From NCBI GenBank assembly GCA_039198835.1, contig JBCCTH010000001.1, positions 1 through 34,916 of the forward strand: 34,916 bases of DNA. Direction: 5' to 3'. How positions within the stretch are numbered: the first letter of the stretch is position 1; the number at the start of each line of letters is the position of its first letter. The DNA is from Pseudomonadota bacterium (GTDB lineage: Bacteria; Pseudomonadota; Alphaproteobacteria; Rhodobacterales; Rhodobacteraceae). Positions 33,967 through 34,916 of this stretch are shown one piece after another. The translations under genes were made by a program, and so were the position numbers. The notes beneath the pieces are model-generated. The model was not told where the DNA came from. It saw nothing but the letters and a program-made list of their open reading frames with translations, and did no database searches.

Positions 33967-34916
33967 ATGAACACCCAGGCACTTCCGACATCCATGGTCC
34001 AAGCGCCCAGCCTGCCCGGCCCCCATGCGGGCTACATGCCCGGCTTTGGGAATGATTTCGAGACCGAGGCGTTGCCCGGCGCGCTGCCGCAGGGGATGAA
34101 CTCGCCCCAGCGCGTCAATTACGGGCTCTATGCCGAACAGCTTTCAGGCACGGCGTTCACAGCCCCCGCGCATCAAAACGAGCGCACCTGGTGTTACCGC
34201 ATCCGGCCCTCCGTCAAGCACACGCATCGCTTTTCAAAGATCGATCTGCCCCATTGGAAATCTGCGCCCTGCATCGACCCCGATATTATCTCGCTCGGCC
34301 AGTATCGCTGGAACCCCATCGAGGCCGGGGAAGGCCTGGATTGGCTTACGGGCATGCGCACCATGACGACCGCCGGTGATGTGAACACGCAAGTGGGGAT
34401 GGCGGCGCATATCTATCTCGTCACCAAGAGCATGGTGGACAGCTATTTCTATTCCGCCGACAGCGAGATGCTTATCGTGCCTCAACAGGGCAAGCTCCGT
34501 TTCGCGACCGAGCTCGGCATCATCGATATCGAGCCCCAGGAGATCGCCATCCTGCCGCGTGGGCTCGTTTACCGTGTTGAAGTGCTCGAGGGGCCCTGCC
34601 GCGGGTTTGTTTGCGAGAATTACGGCCAGAAATTCGAATTGCCCGGTCGCGGCCCGATCGGGGCGAATTGCATGGCCAATCCGCGCGATTTCAAATCTCC
34701 CGTGGCGGCCTTCGAGGATCGTGAGGTGCCGAGCACTGTGACAGTCAAGTGGGCGGGGGCGTTCCATGTCACGACGATCAATCAGAGCCCGCTCGATATC
34801 GTCGCCTGGCATGGCAATTACGCGCCCGTCAAATACGATCTCAGGTCCTATTGCCCGGTGGGCGCTGTCCTTTTTGATCATCCGGACCCGTCAATTTTCA
34901 CCGTCCTGACGGCGCC
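33967..34916 (+). CDS. hmgA: Homogentisate 1,2-dioxygenase, 3'-partial (absent from the ORF track)
   Basis: RBS GAGGAGGA; translated by hand: [83 protein letters not shown]. Confidence 0.95.
   Translation, partial: MNTQALPTSMVQAPSLPGPHAGYMPGFGNDFETEALPGALPQGMNSPQRVNYGLYAEQLSGTAFTAPAHQNERTWCYRIRPSVKHTHRFSKIDLPHWKSAPCIDPDIISLGQYRWNPIEAGEGLDWLTGMRTMTTAGDVNTQVGMAAHIYLVTKSMVDSYFYSADSEMLIVPQQGKLRFATELGIIDIEPQEIAILPRGLVYRVEVLEGPCRGFVCENYGQKFELPGRGPIGANCMANPRDFKSPVAAFEDREVPSTVTVKWAGAFHVTTINQSPLDIVAWHGNYAPVKYDLRSYCPVGAVLFDHPDPSIFTVLTA

Noticed and set aside
34234-34881. 215-aa minus-strand ORF
   Set aside because: Antisense to hmgA, which runs off the window end and so is missing from the track.
1-34916. 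tRNA genes, transposases, integrases, prophage genes
   Set aside because: None recognised; intergenic spaces are short and accounted for.

Overview
High-GC window whose gene content and order suggest a Rhodobacteraceae/Roseobacter-like alphaproteobacterium (inference). Bases 1-11010 hold the 3' part of a non-flagellar type III secretion system (T3SS) cluster, all on the + strand: a 5'-truncated collagen-like (Gly-X-Y) protein with a Met/Gly-rich C-terminus, a 58-aa orphan (needle/pilin candidate), then sctV-J-(K)-L-N-O-Q-R-S-T-U. The system looks atypical. SctU lacks the NPTH autocleavage motif, no SctP ruler gene lies between sctO and sctQ, the SctR Met-gasket is reduced to MQL, and a TTCG-N16-TTCG (PIP/hrpII-like) box precedes the small orphan. 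The rest is mostly core or metabolic genes: trhO, a YkgJ-like protein, pncA, pncB, an amino-alcohol kinase plus phospho-lyase-like pair, arfB, a sugar isomerase, an aldo-keto reductase, a PLP aminotransferase, an AHL-lactonase-like hydrolase, an SDR, yhhQ, mepA, an MFS transporter, a thioesterase, yggT, recQ, yaaA, a thiolase, MarR, kbl-tdh and a 3'-truncated hmgA. Two non-coding signals stand out: a small minus-strand unit at about 22363-22590 carrying 18 nt complementary to the 16S rRNA 3' end plus an 18-aa ORF, and a structured leader upstream of yhhQ. All calls come from motifs read by eye and synteny; no database search was run.
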